Source of the DNA: the human T2T-CHM13v2.0 reference genome, Homo sapiens
NCBI RefSeq assembly: GCF_009914755.1
Contig: NC_060926.1
DNA: 64,000 bases
Direction: 5' to 3' (one strand)
In this document: one piece after another, positions 34,451 through 48,660 of the stretch
Layout: each line of letters starts with the position of its first letter
Numbering within the stretch: the stretch's first letter is position 1
Position numbers and translations under genes: made by a program
Notes under the pieces: generated by a model
Told to the model about the DNA's origin: nothing
Seen by the model: only the letters and a program-made list of their open reading frames with translations
The model's database searches: none

Positions 34451-35589
34451 TTTCTTTAGAAATATTATATTATTCACATACTAATTTGTTTGTAGCTTAT
34501 CAGTTTGGTATTTTCAAACCTCATAGTTACTTCTTTTGTAAAATTTAAACATAGTAACTGTGTGGTGCTCCAAACCGGTAATAATAGGGTCCAAAGGAAT
34601 TGGCTAAATTCTACAATGCCGTGACTCAGTTGTATTAATTTGGCATAATTCTTTTCCTGCCTGCTTTTAGCTAGCTGTATTTGGATCCATCATATGTTTT
34701 ACTATTCTTCCACAAAAAGTTTCTAAGAAATTGAAAAAGAGAGCCCAAAAGTTGCAGTCTTACATGGAGTATTAACCTTCAATCCAAATTCAGCCAAATG
34801 TCATCCATTAATCATAGGCCAATGTAAAAAGGAAGAATCATAATAATATTAACCAGTAAAAGGTTCAAGGATAACTCTGAAGCAGAACATGTAACCCATT
34901 CACCCAGGAGGGTATAATACAAATTAATGTGCTCACTACTGACAAACTTTCCCAAGCTCATCCAGGTTTTCTGCTCAGATGACATCTGTAGGAAAAATGC
35001 CTAGACATAATTTCATCCTTTAATCTTGCCTTTTCCAAACTGTTATTTTTTTCCTTTGCAAAATTTAATATGGAGTGCGGTAGATATTATGTATTTTTTA
35101 CACTTTTAGATTTCAAATTGTAAAAAAATTATAATACATTTTGATATTCTCAATTATGTCTATAAACCTCTTTATAAGGTATAAAATCTATTTGTGAGAC
35201 ATGTACCAGCAGAGAAAAACAATTAAAATGTCAACCTCTCAATCAAATCTTTCTCCGCTTCCACCACTAAAAAAGTTTCTAGCCTCAAAAAGGAACTTGA
35301 TTCTCGGCAATTTCGGCCTAAAATGCTTCTTCAGCTTTTCTTAGACTTTGGCCATCTCAAAACGCAAGTGAAGACAAAATTGGCCCGTAAGATTAATCTT
35401 TGGCGAATGAACTTATATCTTAAAAACTAAGCTGTTTCACTTCCTCATGAAAAAGCAAATTTCTTGAAGATAGGTTTCCATTTCATGTTTGTAATCCTGA
35501 AGTGCCTAATCTTTTATACATATTTGGGTGGAATGAATGAAAATATCCTACCTCCCCACAAAAGCAAGATATTTTTATTACTGGCTACA

Positions 35590-35830
35590 TATTGTAGTGG
35601 AGAGATTGCCTAAGATAGGAAAGGGTCAAAATGTCCAGTTTCTCCTTCCTGTGGTACAAGCTACTAGTCATTAGTCAAGTTACTAAATCTCGCTGAATTT
35701 TAGTATTTATAGTTATAAAATGATGAAACAAATAAATTTTCTCCTTAGAGAACAGGTGCTTTGAGATCAAGAACAATGAAATAATAAAATATTGCATAGC
35801 CTGGTCAGTACATTACAAATGGAAATTATT
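35590..35830 (+). mobile_element. MIR, diverged
   Basis: TTAGTCAAGTTACTAAATCTCGCTGAATTTTAGTATTTATAGTTATAAAATG. Confidence 0.5.
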
Positions 35831-36047
35831 ATTATTTTGAAGATGTGTTACTGTTTTCTCTATTAAGATTCTTATTTTCCTGTGTTTGGGCTGGAATGAT
35901 AACCTGTCAACCTTCTTAGTAGATAGTATTTAATTTTATTTTAAATTTAATATCTAAGGATTTTTTTTAAATAGAAGTGGCAATTATATGTGCACACAAT
36001 TTTAAAACTGCATTTAATTATTTTTCTTTCTTTTGCTTCCCTCTTTT

Positions 36048-36240
36048 TTTAATGGAAGGGTAATATACTTGCAGAAAAGTGCCCAAATCATTGGTGAAGA
36101 AGCTCATATAAACAGCAACTTGATCAAGAGGTCAGCATGTCAGAGATTCCCTCACGCCCTTTCTAATCACTACCCAACTCCCTCCACCTGAGAGGGGACC
36201 AGGGTCCGGGCTTCCAATACTATCACTTAGTTTTCCAAAA
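36048..36240 (-). mobile_element. Old L1ME 3'-end fragment
   Basis: GCAGAAAAGTGCCCAAATCAT...GATCAAGAG...TTCCCTCACGCCCTTTCTAATCACTACCC. Confidence 0.55.
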
Positions 36241-39200
36241 TATCATGTCAAAATGGAGTGGAATCAGGGCATCTGCTAAGATGTGTGACAGCAAATTCGC
36301 CTCTGGGCAATTCGTCTCTGGGTTTTAATTGTGTACTTTAAAACTAAGGAGGCTAAACCTTTAAGTTTCTTTTCCATCTCAGCATTTAATGATTCTGCTA
36401 AAAGACAATCTGTGTGTTTAAGTTAGCACTATTTTTATACAACATCTACTGTGGTTTTTCATCTCAGGTGGAAGTTCACAGGAGGCATGTGCTAAATGAA
36501 AGGTGGCCAGTTAACTGTATCCTCTACCATGAATAAAACCAAACTCCTAATCCAACATGGGCCCAAGAGGAGTAGGTGAATGAGGACTGATGAACTGAGG
36601 GAACTGAGGGCATTCCACCTCTCCCACAGTCCTGGAAACATTGCCTCAAAGCACTCTCTTCTGCTTGGTGCCTTGGGCAACAGCACTGTACACAAAGAGC
36701 AGAAAATCCCCTGTAATTTGATCATTTTAGATGTAGCATTCAATTGTGGGATGAATATAAACTTCTGCCATTTAGCAATTAAAATACTGTTTGGGTAGCA
36801 ATGTAGACTACATAAGTAATTAAGATCTCCTTTTTGTCTTACTGGTATCTAGAAGGAACCCATCATTCTATGACTTCTGTCCTCAGAAGCTGAGTGAGAT
36901 GAGGAAGAACAAATTAGGATAACTTCCTCCAAAAGTCAAAACAATAAGCCCTGCTGCCTTCCTCCAGTCTGTGGCACATGCTGTGCCATGGTTTGAGTTT
37001 TCTGTAGTTGTAGGAGTCTTTTTATCATGAGGAATGTATTTAAATGGTTTTACTCTATAATCTCTCCTGAACGATTTCTTCACATGGAAGGATTCATTTT
37101 TAAGGTGACCAAAGAGATAAGTGAGTGAGAACCTACTTTCCAATATGCCCAGGACCCCGAGACACTAAGTCCCCAAGGGAAACTACACAAATCTCCAGGA
37201 CTCGAGGGGACATATTACTCCAATACTTCCTGTTCCGGGCCTGAACCAGGACACGAGTCTTGACCCCTGTCCCAAAGTAATCTCTTCCCCAAGATGTTCA
37301 TGTGGAGAAGTAGAACTCAAGTCTCTTTTCCTTGGGAAACACTGCATAGAACCGCATGGCCCACGGAAACAACAAAAACTTGATTGCTCCCAGTCGTGGT
37401 GCCTCAAAGTCTGTTTTCAGTTCCTGGTCATGGCTGCCCAGGTTGGGGGCATGGTGAACCACAGGTTCACACGATATTATGTGCCACAGCTTGATCCAAC
37501 GTTAGGAAGGGCAAGAGACACACACATATCCTCCTCTGGTCAGTTATGGAAGGTGTCTTTCCACTCCTGCAGGGGAATCCGTATTCAACTGAGAATGAGC
37601 AGTTGTCTCCCCTGTAGCCTTGTTGGTTGAGGAGAATGCTTTCTGCTTACCTTTGTGAAAATTGCTTAAATACAATTACACTCCCAACCAGCATTTCCCC
37701 TGTCTCTTCCAATGTCCAACAAGAAACCCAACCCCCAAATCTAAACACCAGACAAGTAGCTAGAAAAATGAAAATAAATGTTCAAATCCAAAAGCTGTGT
37801 GCTTCTGTGATTGAAAATCTTTTTCTTAGCGAGTGGGAGTTGCTTTCATCATTGCTGGTCATATGTTTTTGTTTTTCATTTTCTGGTGGAGAAGTTTTCT
37901 AGGGTATTTTTCAAACTTTCCAGCTTAGCAAAGCGTTGGCTAAAATTGAAAAGAGAACTAGGCGTCAAGTCGGAGGCAGCATTAGGTTTGTTCTTGTGGG
38001 GGGGGCAGGTTGCTGACACAGCGAAAATAAGACAAAACATTTGAAACTTCTGGCTTTGTACTTCTCAAATGCCTCTTTTAGAAATCGCTTAAGTCGTTAT
38101 TAACATCCACCACCCACCTTCCCTTTTTGGTCCTGACATTGGGTAATAATAGATAATGTTGACATATGTTCCCTGCTGGTCAGAAATACTATACTTCTGT
38201 GAAAGGTAACATTTTCAAGCTATGACAAAATGTATTTTACTTGGACAGAACATTAGTTATTGGACTAATCTCAGAATGTGGGCTGTGGGGTAAAAGTTTT
38301 AACATTTTAGTTGTGGGAGAAAGTTTGTTGAGAGAGTAAAAGCATCAGTATGGGGTTTGTTTAGCTTTCACCATTTCCAAAGGTATTGGCTTGCTGTCAA
38401 ACTCTCATGTCCTTAGGAATGTAAAGGAAACATTCTCAGTATGTATGAAGAACAGCTGTCCATGGACGCAGCAACTTTCAAAAATGATTACACCCAACTT
38501 TCCTGCAGTATGGATTATGGAATCAAAAAATATTTTTTCACTGTGTACCAAAGAATTCCGTTTTACAGGCCAGTTTTGAAGCTTTTAACTGCATGAGACA
38601 TATGCTGCAGTTCTGTTGTTTGTTCTCCATGTGATGTACTATGAAATGTGTTTTTTAAAAAGGGGGAGAAAAAGAGGAGAAAGGGAGAGAGTGAGAGAGA
38701 GGAAAGTGTGCAAATTCTTCTGATCAAATGTGGTCTTCAAAACTACTTTTGAAACTAATTTAGGGGATGAGTTAGGAAATGCCCCAGCTGGCTTCCATGC
38801 TACCGAAGTCTGAACAGCCCTTTGCAAAGCTGGAAAAATTGATTTTGTTTTGAAGGCTCACACAGACTTTAGTGTTGTGGAAGTTGGACAGAGTTTTTAT
38901 TGAATCTGGTCCTTTGTGTTTTATGACAGTCTGAATGGGTATTAAGATTCCACGAATAAATCCCCTGCCATTTCTGAGATTTCTGATATAAACATGAGCT
39001 CCGTCAATTTGTTCTCTGTACAAATGTCTTTCAGAATGTTAACAAACATGGTGCATTGATGAATGGGCTGGCCTATGGAGTGCAGTCTGCTTTACTTGGT
39101 AGGGCATGTTGCTATGATTTTTCTTTTGTTTCTCAATGCTATGGCCACCCAGAAATGGGGGCTGTTGAGGGGTGGTGAACTTCAAGACTTGAGGACAGGG

Positions 39201-41409
39201 GAGAGTTAGCTCAAGGCTGGTTGGAGAAGTGGTGTTAATGGCCTTCAATTGAAAGTCTGGCCAGACACCACATCAAGGGGATTGTGGATTGGCCCTCAGG
39301 AAATGTATTAAGTCTTTTCTTAAGTGCCTCAGGTGAATTACTTAGAGGAACACAGGTAGCAAAGAAGAGAATATATTTTTAAGATATAATCTTTCTATAT
39401 TCTGCATAAGTTTGTATTTTTTCAGTGTACTTTAAACTCAAATGTCAAATTGATAATACCCTAAAATTAGTTTCCAACTAAATACTATAATTTAAAGCAA
39501 GCAAGCCAAAAAAATTAAGTCTCAGTTTTTATGATAAAAATTAGGTCATGTATAATATAAACACTTTTGAAGGAGAATTATGATAGAGTTTCAGGAAATG
39601 TTATGTTCCACAATTAATGGTAGTAAAAAGTTGTATATTGTATAATTTGAAGTTCTGTAATGTGTAACTATCATTTTAGGTATAATTCTGAACTTAGCAT
39701 TGGGTTTTCATTTTGAAGCACAAGCCCAAATCTTAGTGGCCTAATCTTATTCTTCAGATATTTAATGCCCAGACGGGAGCTGTAATGGCTCCTAAGAATT
39801 TCTTATGTGGTTAAACTGCCCAGCAGTGTCCAGCTCTTTACTTAGCTTTTACATAATTGCCTTCTAGGGTGGTTATCTGGTATATGGAGCCGTTCCCTAG
39901 CCATATTCTCCTCTACACATTGCCCTTCCTGGGGACTTAGTACAGAACCTGGGTAATCAGTTTGGGGTTCAATTCACATTCATGATGCAATCGATGCATT
40001 AATGGGGATGTTTCATGGGAGATTTTAATACACTCTGTTATTGGCGTTATAAATTGGGCCAGTTACTTGATGTACTTCTCTTTGTGGTCCAAATTCTGCC
40101 CTCTGTTTCTTACTTGAAATTCCCATTGAAGTAGTAATTACCAAGTGGAAGAATACTAAAAATGTTCAGCCAAATTCTGTTCTATGTTGCTATCATGTAA
40201 CTCCTGATGAAGTTAATTACGACTTAGTCAGAACTAGTGCTACATCTTAAGGGCTTTGGAACTCTGTGATCTGCCATCCAAGACACCAGGCCAGCAGCCT
40301 GCCTTTAAATATCTCATTTTAAGAGGTAAATTGACCCTGTTGAAGGTAAGAAATGGCTATTGCCAGTAACTATATGTGTAATGGGGCTTAAATAGTAGAA
40401 CTTAACATATTTGAACCTCAGGAAGTTTGATCTTTTTGTAGTTTTCCTCTTTGGGGAAGCCTGTTTCACAGAAGCTTTAATTCTCTTTAGTGCACTGAGT
40501 CTATTGATATGAGTTACCTCCTGTCCCATTCTCCCAAGCATCCCTTAACTGTAACAGTATATAATTTTTATTTCCATTAATTATATAACATTTGCTTAAG
40601 TCATCACTACTTAGCTATTATTTCCTGGAGCTAAACCATTATCTTCCTTAAATACAGATGTTTATATTATGCATAATATAATTTCTTTCATAAGAATTCA
40701 TTATAACTTTTCAAAATACTTTGGCTCTCATTTAGCCTATGTCTCAGTTTAGCTTTTTTTTTTTTTTTAATGGAAAAAAGGGCCCCATGACCTATTGGAT
40801 AATGATACAATATGTGCCATACTTGTAGGATTTTGTCATTGTGCAAATAGGGTTTCAGGGGAAAGGGCAGAACATTACCCATGGTTTGGTGTGAGTGCAG
40901 CTCACAATTAGGACCATCTGCTGAGTGGTCCCAGAGTAAGACTTTTTTGGAAGTTGGCATGTGGGGCTGCCCAGCCTCTGGGATCCTCTGGTTAAAAAAA
41001 ATTCTGAGGACACTGGTGGCCCAGAGACTATCTTGATGTATGTATTGGGAACCCAGCAGTTCAGAGATGGTGAAGGATAGTGACTCTTGAGGGAGTTCAA
41101 AGTCAGGAGAGATTGGATTCACTTTAAAAGGCTTTCTAGGTCAGTGCCATAAAACAATCAACTCATCGTTGGAGTAGACTGGGTTTGGCAAGGACTGATT
41201 TTACTGCCTTGGGGGTTGCCCAAGAGTTCAAAGCTACTTTCCTGTATGCTGCTAACAAAGCTACTGGGGGCGAAAGAGGCTCTGAAAATTCAGTTTCAAA
41301 ATCAGAAGGATCTCAGGGCTAGGAGGAACTTCTTTTCTTCTCCCTTCTTTCTCTCCTTTCTTTCCTACTATCCTCTCTTGCTCCCTCTTTCCCCTTTTCC
41401 TTCTCTACA

Positions 41410-42860
41410 TAAGGATTTATTGACCTCCTAGTATTTTCCAGGCATTGTAATGGCCACCAGGTATAAAAAAGGAAAGACATAGTTCCTGTGCAGGAGGAAT
41501 TCACATTCTAGTTGAGGTGATTCTCAAGAAAAGCAGCAGTTATAGAGGTGATCTTGCATATGGGAGCACTAAGGAGGGGAGCCAGAGTGTGCAAGATTTT
41601 TCAGGCCTTGCCCACTGAAAAGATTATGTTGTTTTCCTTTGTAATTAAACATAAAAACAATGTTAAATCATAAAGTCAGTGCAATGAAGACCAACGAAGT
41701 TTTGGTTTTGCCCCAGATATTTTGTTGTTTTCAAATGTTTTCTTGTTTTCAAAAAAATCTTTTTAGATAAAATGATTTTTTGCATTTGTTTTTGTGTTTT
41801 TGAGATGAAGTCTCACACTGTTGCCCAGGATGGAGTGCAATGGCACGATCTTGGCTCACGGCAACCCGTGCCTCCTAAGGCGATTTCTAGTGATTCCCTT
41901 GTCTCAGCCTCCGGAGTAGCTGGGATTACAGGTACCTGCCACCACACCTGGCTAATTTTTTTTATTTTTAGTAGAGACAGGGTTTTACCATGTTGGCCAG
42001 GCTGGAACTCCTGACCTCAAGTGATCCACCCACCTCGGCTTCCCAAAGTGCTGGGATTATAGGCATGAGCCACTGCACCCAGACCAATGAAATGATTTCA
42101 AATTAATTTTTTTCTCAGCTTTTTGATCATTTAGCACTGAAGACCTATTTGATCATCTAGCGTTGAAGACCCCTGATCCACGTTGGGCTTTCGGAGAAGA
42201 CTTCTAAGAGGCAATGATAGAGTTGAAACTTGCAAAACTTGAGTTATATAGGTCATGATGGAGTTGGTAAAGTGTCCTGGCTGGAGTGGTGGGGAGGGGA
42301 GGATTTTGTGGGTGGCGTATGCCATAGGGCAGGTAAAGTTCTCTGTGCAAATGCATTGAGAAAAAAAAAACTAGTGCCCATGGTTTGGTGTGGTTGTAAT
42401 ATAGAATTGGAATTTATGGAAATTAGGACTTGTTATGACATGTTGAAAGCTTTGGATGCTATCTGCAACAAATGAGAAAACACTGAGAATTTTGAGTAAG
42501 ATAACAATATTTTAGAATAATAATTCACCTAACAGGGTAGAGAAGAGACTTGGGGATGGAGTTGAGGCTGGTGGTGGCTAGTCCAATTGGGAGGCTATTG
42601 TAGCATTCCCAGCAAATAGTGGGAGAGCCTCAACAGGGCATGTGAAATTTAAATGTTGGGGATGAGAGAGGGGAAGGCTCTGAGAATGGCATTTATGTTT
42701 CTGACTTTTTGGCTCGGTGGTGAGTGATTTCATTCACTGAAATTTGAAAATTAGGCAAAGAAACATGTCTAGAAGGGACATGGTATATTCTGTGTTTCAC
42801 ATCGTGGATTTGATGTGTTTCTGAGACTTCAAGTGGTGAGCTCTGTTGGCTTAGCCTAAG
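41410..42860 (-). mobile_element. L2, fragmented and interrupted
   Basis: Reverse tail ATTTATTGACCTCCTAGTATTTTCCAGGCATTG at about 41415; GGGAGGCTATTGTAGCATTCCCAG and similar at 42190-42860. Confidence 0.65.
41785..42085 (-). mobile_element. AluS (Sx/Sz-like)
   Basis: Full reverse dimer with CCTGACCTCAAGTGATCCACCC. Confidence 0.92.
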
Positions 42861-43439
42861 AGAAACACTGTATGTACATCTTGGAGCCAGGAAGTTGAGG
42901 CTGAAGGGGGTTGTGAGGGCTCCTTCTGTGCCATAATAATATATTGGAATTTATTTTTGTCCTCTATTTCATTTATTCATGCCTGACTCAATTTGCTCAG
43001 TATTTGCAAATTGTTGCTGATGTATGTGCTTGTGTGTTAGCTAGTGTGAATCACTGTTGACTATGGAATACTCTTTATCAGCCACTAACATTGAGTCTTA
43101 CATTGAGCCAATCAAATCTTTTAATTTTCTGTGGCAATAATTCACCGTGATCCAAGTCCTCTGCTGTCAGGTGAATACAGAGAAATTCTGCTTTGCCTCT
43201 CACCTATGACCTGCTAGGGTAGCAGGGGCTAGAGGTCGGTCAGTTGTGGAAATTGAACCAGGAGCAAATGATAATTTTCTAGGCCAATGCAGGCTCAGCT
43301 CTGTGAAATCTCCAGACACTGAACATTTCACTGAAATCAGAAATAGGAGCTTGAGGATATAATATAATGGTGAACTAACCTGTTCTTAAACAACAGTTGC
43401 TTAGCTGTGGTCCGTGATCTGCCAGAGCTGGATTGCCTG

Positions 43440-43700
43440 GTAGGGAATGTTTAAGAACACAGGATCAGCCCTTGGGATCAGTCCACGTTGGAGTCCCAGC
43501 TCTAACATTCAGCAGCTGTTAAAAACAAAACAAAACAAACAAACAAAAACTTCCTGCAATGAAATTTCCTTATATGCAAACAGGGATGATAATAATATTC
43601 ACCTTACAGGGTTGTGGCTTGGATGAAATAAGATGGAGCATGATATAGTGCTTAACAAATGGCTTGGCACTTTGCAGTATGCCATAAAATTAGCTAGCAT
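43440..43700 (+). mobile_element. MIR with internal (AAAAC)n tract
   Basis: TTGGAGTCCCAGCTCT...TTTCCTTATATGCAAACAGGGATGATAATAATATTCACCTTACAGGGTTG. Confidence 0.7.
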
Positions 43701-43954
43701 AAGTTTTATGAATGAATTTCAGGGAGTTTGTGAACACCTGAGTTGTATATATTATTTTGTAAGAATGTGTGGAAGTACATATTATTTTTTCTCTGTGAGA
43801 GAATATGGCATATGGCTTTCATTGGAGTCTCAAAGTAGTCTGTAACTTAAAAACAACAACGATAACAAGAATCCCCCACACAAACAACAAAACCAAAAAC
43901 AAAGTAAAGGTTAATAAGAAAGGCCATCATAGACAAAGTGGTTAAACAGTTGCT

Positions 43955-45003
43955 TTCTTTTTAATAGACTTAAGATTTTTTTACCATTTTCGGTTTACAG
44001 CCAAATTGAAAGGAAAGTATAGAGTTCCCACACACCTTCTGCCCCAAACACTCAGAGCCCTCCCCACTATCTTCATCTCACCCCAGAGTGATACATTTAT
44101 TATAATCCATGAACCTGCATTGACACACCATTATCAGCCAAATTCCAGAGTTTACATTAGGGCTCACTCTTGGAGTAGTACATTCTATGGGCTTGGCAAA
44201 TGTATAATGATATGTATTCACCTTTGTAGTATCATACAGAATAGTTTCACTGCCTAAAATATTCTCTGTGCTCCTCCTATTCATCCCACCTTCCCCCTTA
44301 ACTTCTGGCAACAACTGATCTTTCTACTATCTCCAAATATTGGCATTTGCCTTTTCCAGAATGTCATGTAACTGGAATCATACAGTACATAGCCTTTTCA
44401 TATTGGTTTCTTTCACTTAGTATTATGTATTTAAATTTCCTCCATGGCTTTTCATGGCTTGCTAGCTTATTTCTTTTTAGTGCTGTATAATATTCCATTG
44501 TCTGGATGTACCATAGTTTATTCATTCACCTACTTAATGACATCTTGGTTGCTTTTCCAAGTTGTGGCAATTGTGCATAAATGTGCTATAAACATTTTTT
44601 TTTTTTGAGACAGGGTTTTACCTGTTGCCCAGGCTGGAGTGCAGTGGCATGGTCACAGCTCACTGCAGCCTTGACGTCCCTGGGCTCAGGTGATCCTCTC
44701 CCACCTCAGCCTCCTGAGTAGCTGGGACCACAGGTGTGAGCCACCATGCCTAGCTAATTTTTGTATTTTTTTTTTGTAGAGATGGGGTTTCAACAATTTT
44801 TGTATTTTTTGTAGAGATGGGGTTTTGGCATGTTTCCCAGGTTGGTCTCAAACTCTTGGACTCAAGCAATCCACCTTCATTGGCCTCCCAAAGTTCTGGG
44901 ATTACAGGTGTCAGCTACTGCATCTGGCCTAACATCTTTATGCAGGATTTTGCATGGACATAAGTTTTCAACTCATTTGGGTAAACACCAAGGAGCATGA
45001 TCA
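43955..45003 (-). mobile_element. L1MC-like 3' end, interrupted by an AluJ
   Basis: GGTTTACAGCCAAATTGAAAGGAAAGTATAGAGTTCCC...CATTAGGGCTCACTCTTGG...GTATCATACAGAATAGTTTCACTGCC; resumes after 44929. Confidence 0.85.
44595..44929 (-). mobile_element. AluJ with internal duplication of the A-rich linker
   Basis: Reverse J-type dimer (CACAGCTCACTGCAGCCTTGAC); linker/left-arm end occurs twice (44756-44790, 44795-44825). Confidence 0.9.
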
Positions 45004-47041
45004 ATGTTTTTCTCCCTGTATTTTATAACTCTTTCCAATTATCCTTTCTTCTGCAAACATTCCTCATACCATCTGTCCTGCCTGAATAAGTTTACTTTAT
45101 GCTATCATCCACCACCAATCTTGCCTGGATAAATTTATGTTAACATCGTTTCATCTTCTCCTTCCTCAACCAGGCGACAGGATCATCCCATTATCCACAG
45201 CAGCCTACAGTCTCTACTGGCATCCAATCTCCCTAAGAAAGACTCCACACTGAATACTTTTCATCCTTTATTCTCTACCCAACTCACTTTCTGCCCTAGG
45301 TCCTATTCTCTGTAGGCCCAGATTTTTGTTAGGAAATGGAGAAATAAATTCTTCCTACTGAGTTGATGACTGATATTGTTATACCTCCAAGTTACGATAT
45401 TTACATTTTGACAGGTCAGAACTTTTCAAGGCAATGCTTTAGATGGGGTGGGAAGGTTGGAGTGGAGATTCAGGCCACCTGGCCAACTAATAACGGAGAT
45501 ATTTTTGGGTCTGGAGGCCTTTATATACTGCTGAAATCCCACTTTATGATTGACTGTTTCCTCTAACTTGAATAAGAACTACACCTGTGAATTTTCATCC
45601 TCCTACAGCAGCTAAGACTTTAGTAAGCCCCAGGAAAGTCATAAATTTGCTTTACCTCAGTTATTCTTTCGGCAAAATGGGAATGGCATTAGACTTTTGT
45701 TGAAGGCACCTGGAAGATGAAAACTGCCAAGTGTTGTGACTTTTGGTATGAGACTTAAAATACAAAATATCATTGCATAATGATAAAACAGAGTTTTCAA
45801 GAAATCCCTTTGGGAAGTTTATACTTCATTTATACAGTGAAAGTAATATTTATCTTGCCCTTTAATGTTATTTTGTAAAATCTACCTAAAAATAACACAA
45901 ACAGCAAATATTTCTTCTTTAAGAGGCACTTTTTAAAGGGAGTGAAAACATAGTTGTAACGTTACTTTTTGTGTGGCATGTGAAAAGAAAATCCTGAAAA
46001 CACATGTTTATTTTTTTCAGTTCCTGACCACTGTGTTTGGAAAAACTGCCAAGTGTGACTTAAAACTAGCAAATACAGTAACTTGCTTTGAAATTTGGAC
46101 CCATAACGTCTTGGGCTGTTTTTTTGTAGAAAATGAATTGTTATGTTAACTTTGACTTCTTCTGATCACTTTGCTTCCCTGAAATCAGTTGCATGCAGAT
46201 TAACAACGGATTCCAATGAATGAATACACTAAATGTAACTGACAGTCCTTAATATACAAATACTGAAAGTGGGACATTATCAGTTCTCCAAAGAAGTACT
46301 CTTTATGCTTTTATACAAGTGCTTAAGAACAGACTTTGAAAAAGGACGTTGAAAACTTGCCAGAACTTCTTTGTATTTTGAAAGCCCACATCAAGAAGGG
46401 GTAGTAAATAGTCGTTGAGTATAGGAAAAAGGAAACTATTAGCATTGTTTTCTTTTAAAGATAAAAAGAGAGTCCCAAGGAAAAGCTTTATAATCTTTGA
46501 AATATTTATATGTTGTTTAATCAGTTTAAACAAATGACAACTTAAAATTTATGCTTTTGTATAGCTAGACAAAATAACTAATTACCTGCTAATTAAAAAA
46601 AAAAGGGTAACTGACTGTTTTATTGAGGGCATATTTCAGGACAACCATTTCTAATTTACGTCATTTGGCAAATTGCAGGCAGAGTGGGATAGACATTAGT
46701 TTTGAATTTTCGAAGTTAAGAAAGAATATATATATATTATATATAGTCTAAATACATCTGTTTGTTTTTCAAAATACAGTAGCCAGTCTGAACTTTTCCT
46801 TCTCAGCTCCTTATTTTTATCTCATAGAAACTGGCCTGTTAAGTATTAACATATTAAAAGGTTTTCATCTTATTTCCAGACAGACATCACTGCTGCACAT
46901 TTTTGACCAGCATGATAATATAAAAATATTTGTAAAATTCTCTGTGATACAGTAATGGCAGTCAATATGCTGAATTTCTAAAACTCAAGGGGTTGCTGAT
47001 ATATAGGCTTTCTCTATGTAACAAGAATGAACTTTAAAAAA

Positions 47042-47502
47042 ATTTATTTTTATTTTAAGTTCTGGGGTACATGTGCAGGATGTGCAGGTTTGTTACATAG
47101 GTAAATGTGTGTCATGGTGGTTTGCTGCACCTATTAATCCATCACCTACGTATTAAGCTTAGCAAGCATTAGCTATTTTTTAAATGCTCTCCCTCCCCCC
47201 ACCACACCCCCTGACAGATTCCAGTGTGTGTTGTTCCCCCCGCGGTGTCCGTGTGTTCTCGTTGTTCAGTTCCCACTTATAAGTGAGACTATACGGTGTT
47301 TGGTTTTCTGTTCCTGTGTTAGTTTGCTGAGAATACTGGCTTCCAGGTCCATCCATGCCCCTGCAAAGGACTCAATCTCGTTCCTTTTCATGGCTGCATA
47401 GTATTCCATGGTGTATAAGTACCACATTTTCTTTATCCAGTCTATCATTGATGGGCATTTAGGTTGATTCCATGTCTTTGCTATTGTGAATAGTGCTACA
47501 AA
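47042..47502 (-). mobile_element. L1PA (about PA8-PA10) 5'-truncated 3' end
   Basis: TTTTAAGTTCTGGGGTACATGTGCAGGATGTGCAGGTTTGTTACATAGG; ORF2 C-terminal remnant MIDWIKKMWYLYTMEYYAA. Confidence 0.92.
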
Positions 47503-47511
47503 TAATTCTTC

Positions 47512-47630
47512 ATAGTTTACTAAGGACTTTGATGTGTATTACCTCATTGGAGTTTAACAAGAGCCCATATAGTAGATGTTATTATTCCCTTTTTACAGAT
47601 GAGGAAAGGAAATAAAGAAATTAAGGGAGT
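47512..47630 (-). mobile_element. MIR fragment
   Basis: GTAGATGTTATTATTCCCTTTTTACAGATGAGGAAA. Confidence 0.75.
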
Positions 47631-47721
47631 AGGTAGAGATTAATTCTCTCTCTCTCCAAGTTCCTGCTGCCTTTAACAAGCAAAACCAAAAACAAACACA
47701 CAAAAAACAAGCAAATAAACT

Positions 47722-48306
47722 ATATTTTTATTGTTTATTTATTTTAATAGCTTTTGGGAGAACAGGTGGTTTTTGGTTACATGGATAAGTTCTTTAGTGG
47801 TCATTTCTGACATTTTAGTGCACTCGTCACTGAGCATTGTACACTGTACCCAATATGTAGTCTTTTATCCGTCACCCCCTTCCCACGTATCCTCCATGAG
47901 TCCCTGAAGTCCATTGTATCATTCCTATGCCTTTGTGTCCTCATAGCTTAGCTTCCACTTCTAAGTGAGAATATATATTTTGTTTCCCATTCCTGAGTTA
48001 CTTCACTTAGAATAATGGCCTTCAACTCCATCCAAGTTGCTGCAAAAGACATTATTTCATTTCTACTTATGGCTGAGTAGTATTCCATGGTGTATGTATA
48101 CCACATTTTCTTTGTCCACTTATTGGTTGATGGGTACTTAGGTTGGTTCCATATCTTTACAGTTGCTAATTGTGCTGCCATAAACATGCATGTTCACGTG
48201 TCTTTTTCGTATAATGACTTCTTTTCCTTTGGGTAGATACCTAGTAGTGGCATTGCTGGATCGAATGGTAGTTCTACTTTTAGTTCTTTCAGAAATCTCC
48301 ATACTG
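47722..48306 (-). mobile_element. L1PB 3' end
   Basis: TTTTGGGAGAACAGGTGGTTTTTGGTTACATGGATAAGTTCTTTAGTGG; ORF2 remnant YTMEYYSAI; degenerate TSD AAACTATATTTT / AAACTCATATTTT. Confidence 0.9.
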
Positions 48307-48502
48307 CAAACTCATATTTTAAATCACCACTTCTGTTCTTTCTTGGGAGATTTCAGAATGAGGAGACTGCCCTGTCTCTTCATATTACTGGCGCCTAATA
48401 ATGGAAGGAACAGGCATTTGTCTGACTGCTAATATGGCAACTCTGATACCCATTGGTCCACATATCTGTGGTGGGGTTGATGTGTTTAAGTTTATTTGAC
48501 AT

Positions 48503-48660
48503 GTGTTCTTGAAACTGTAAAATGCTTATGGATCACCTAGGGATCTTATGAAAATGCAGATTGTGATTCAGTAGGTTTGGAATGGGGCCTGAGTTTGCAA
48601 TTCTAAGAATCTCCCAGGTGCTGATGGTCTCGGTCCAAGGATGACACTTTGAGTAATGAA
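48503..48660. mobile_element. MER5 (hAT-Charlie MITE)
   Basis: ATCACCTAGGGATCTTATGAAAATGCAGATTGTGATTCAGTAGGTTTGGAATGGGGCCTGAG...CACTTTGAGTA. Confidence 0.85.
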
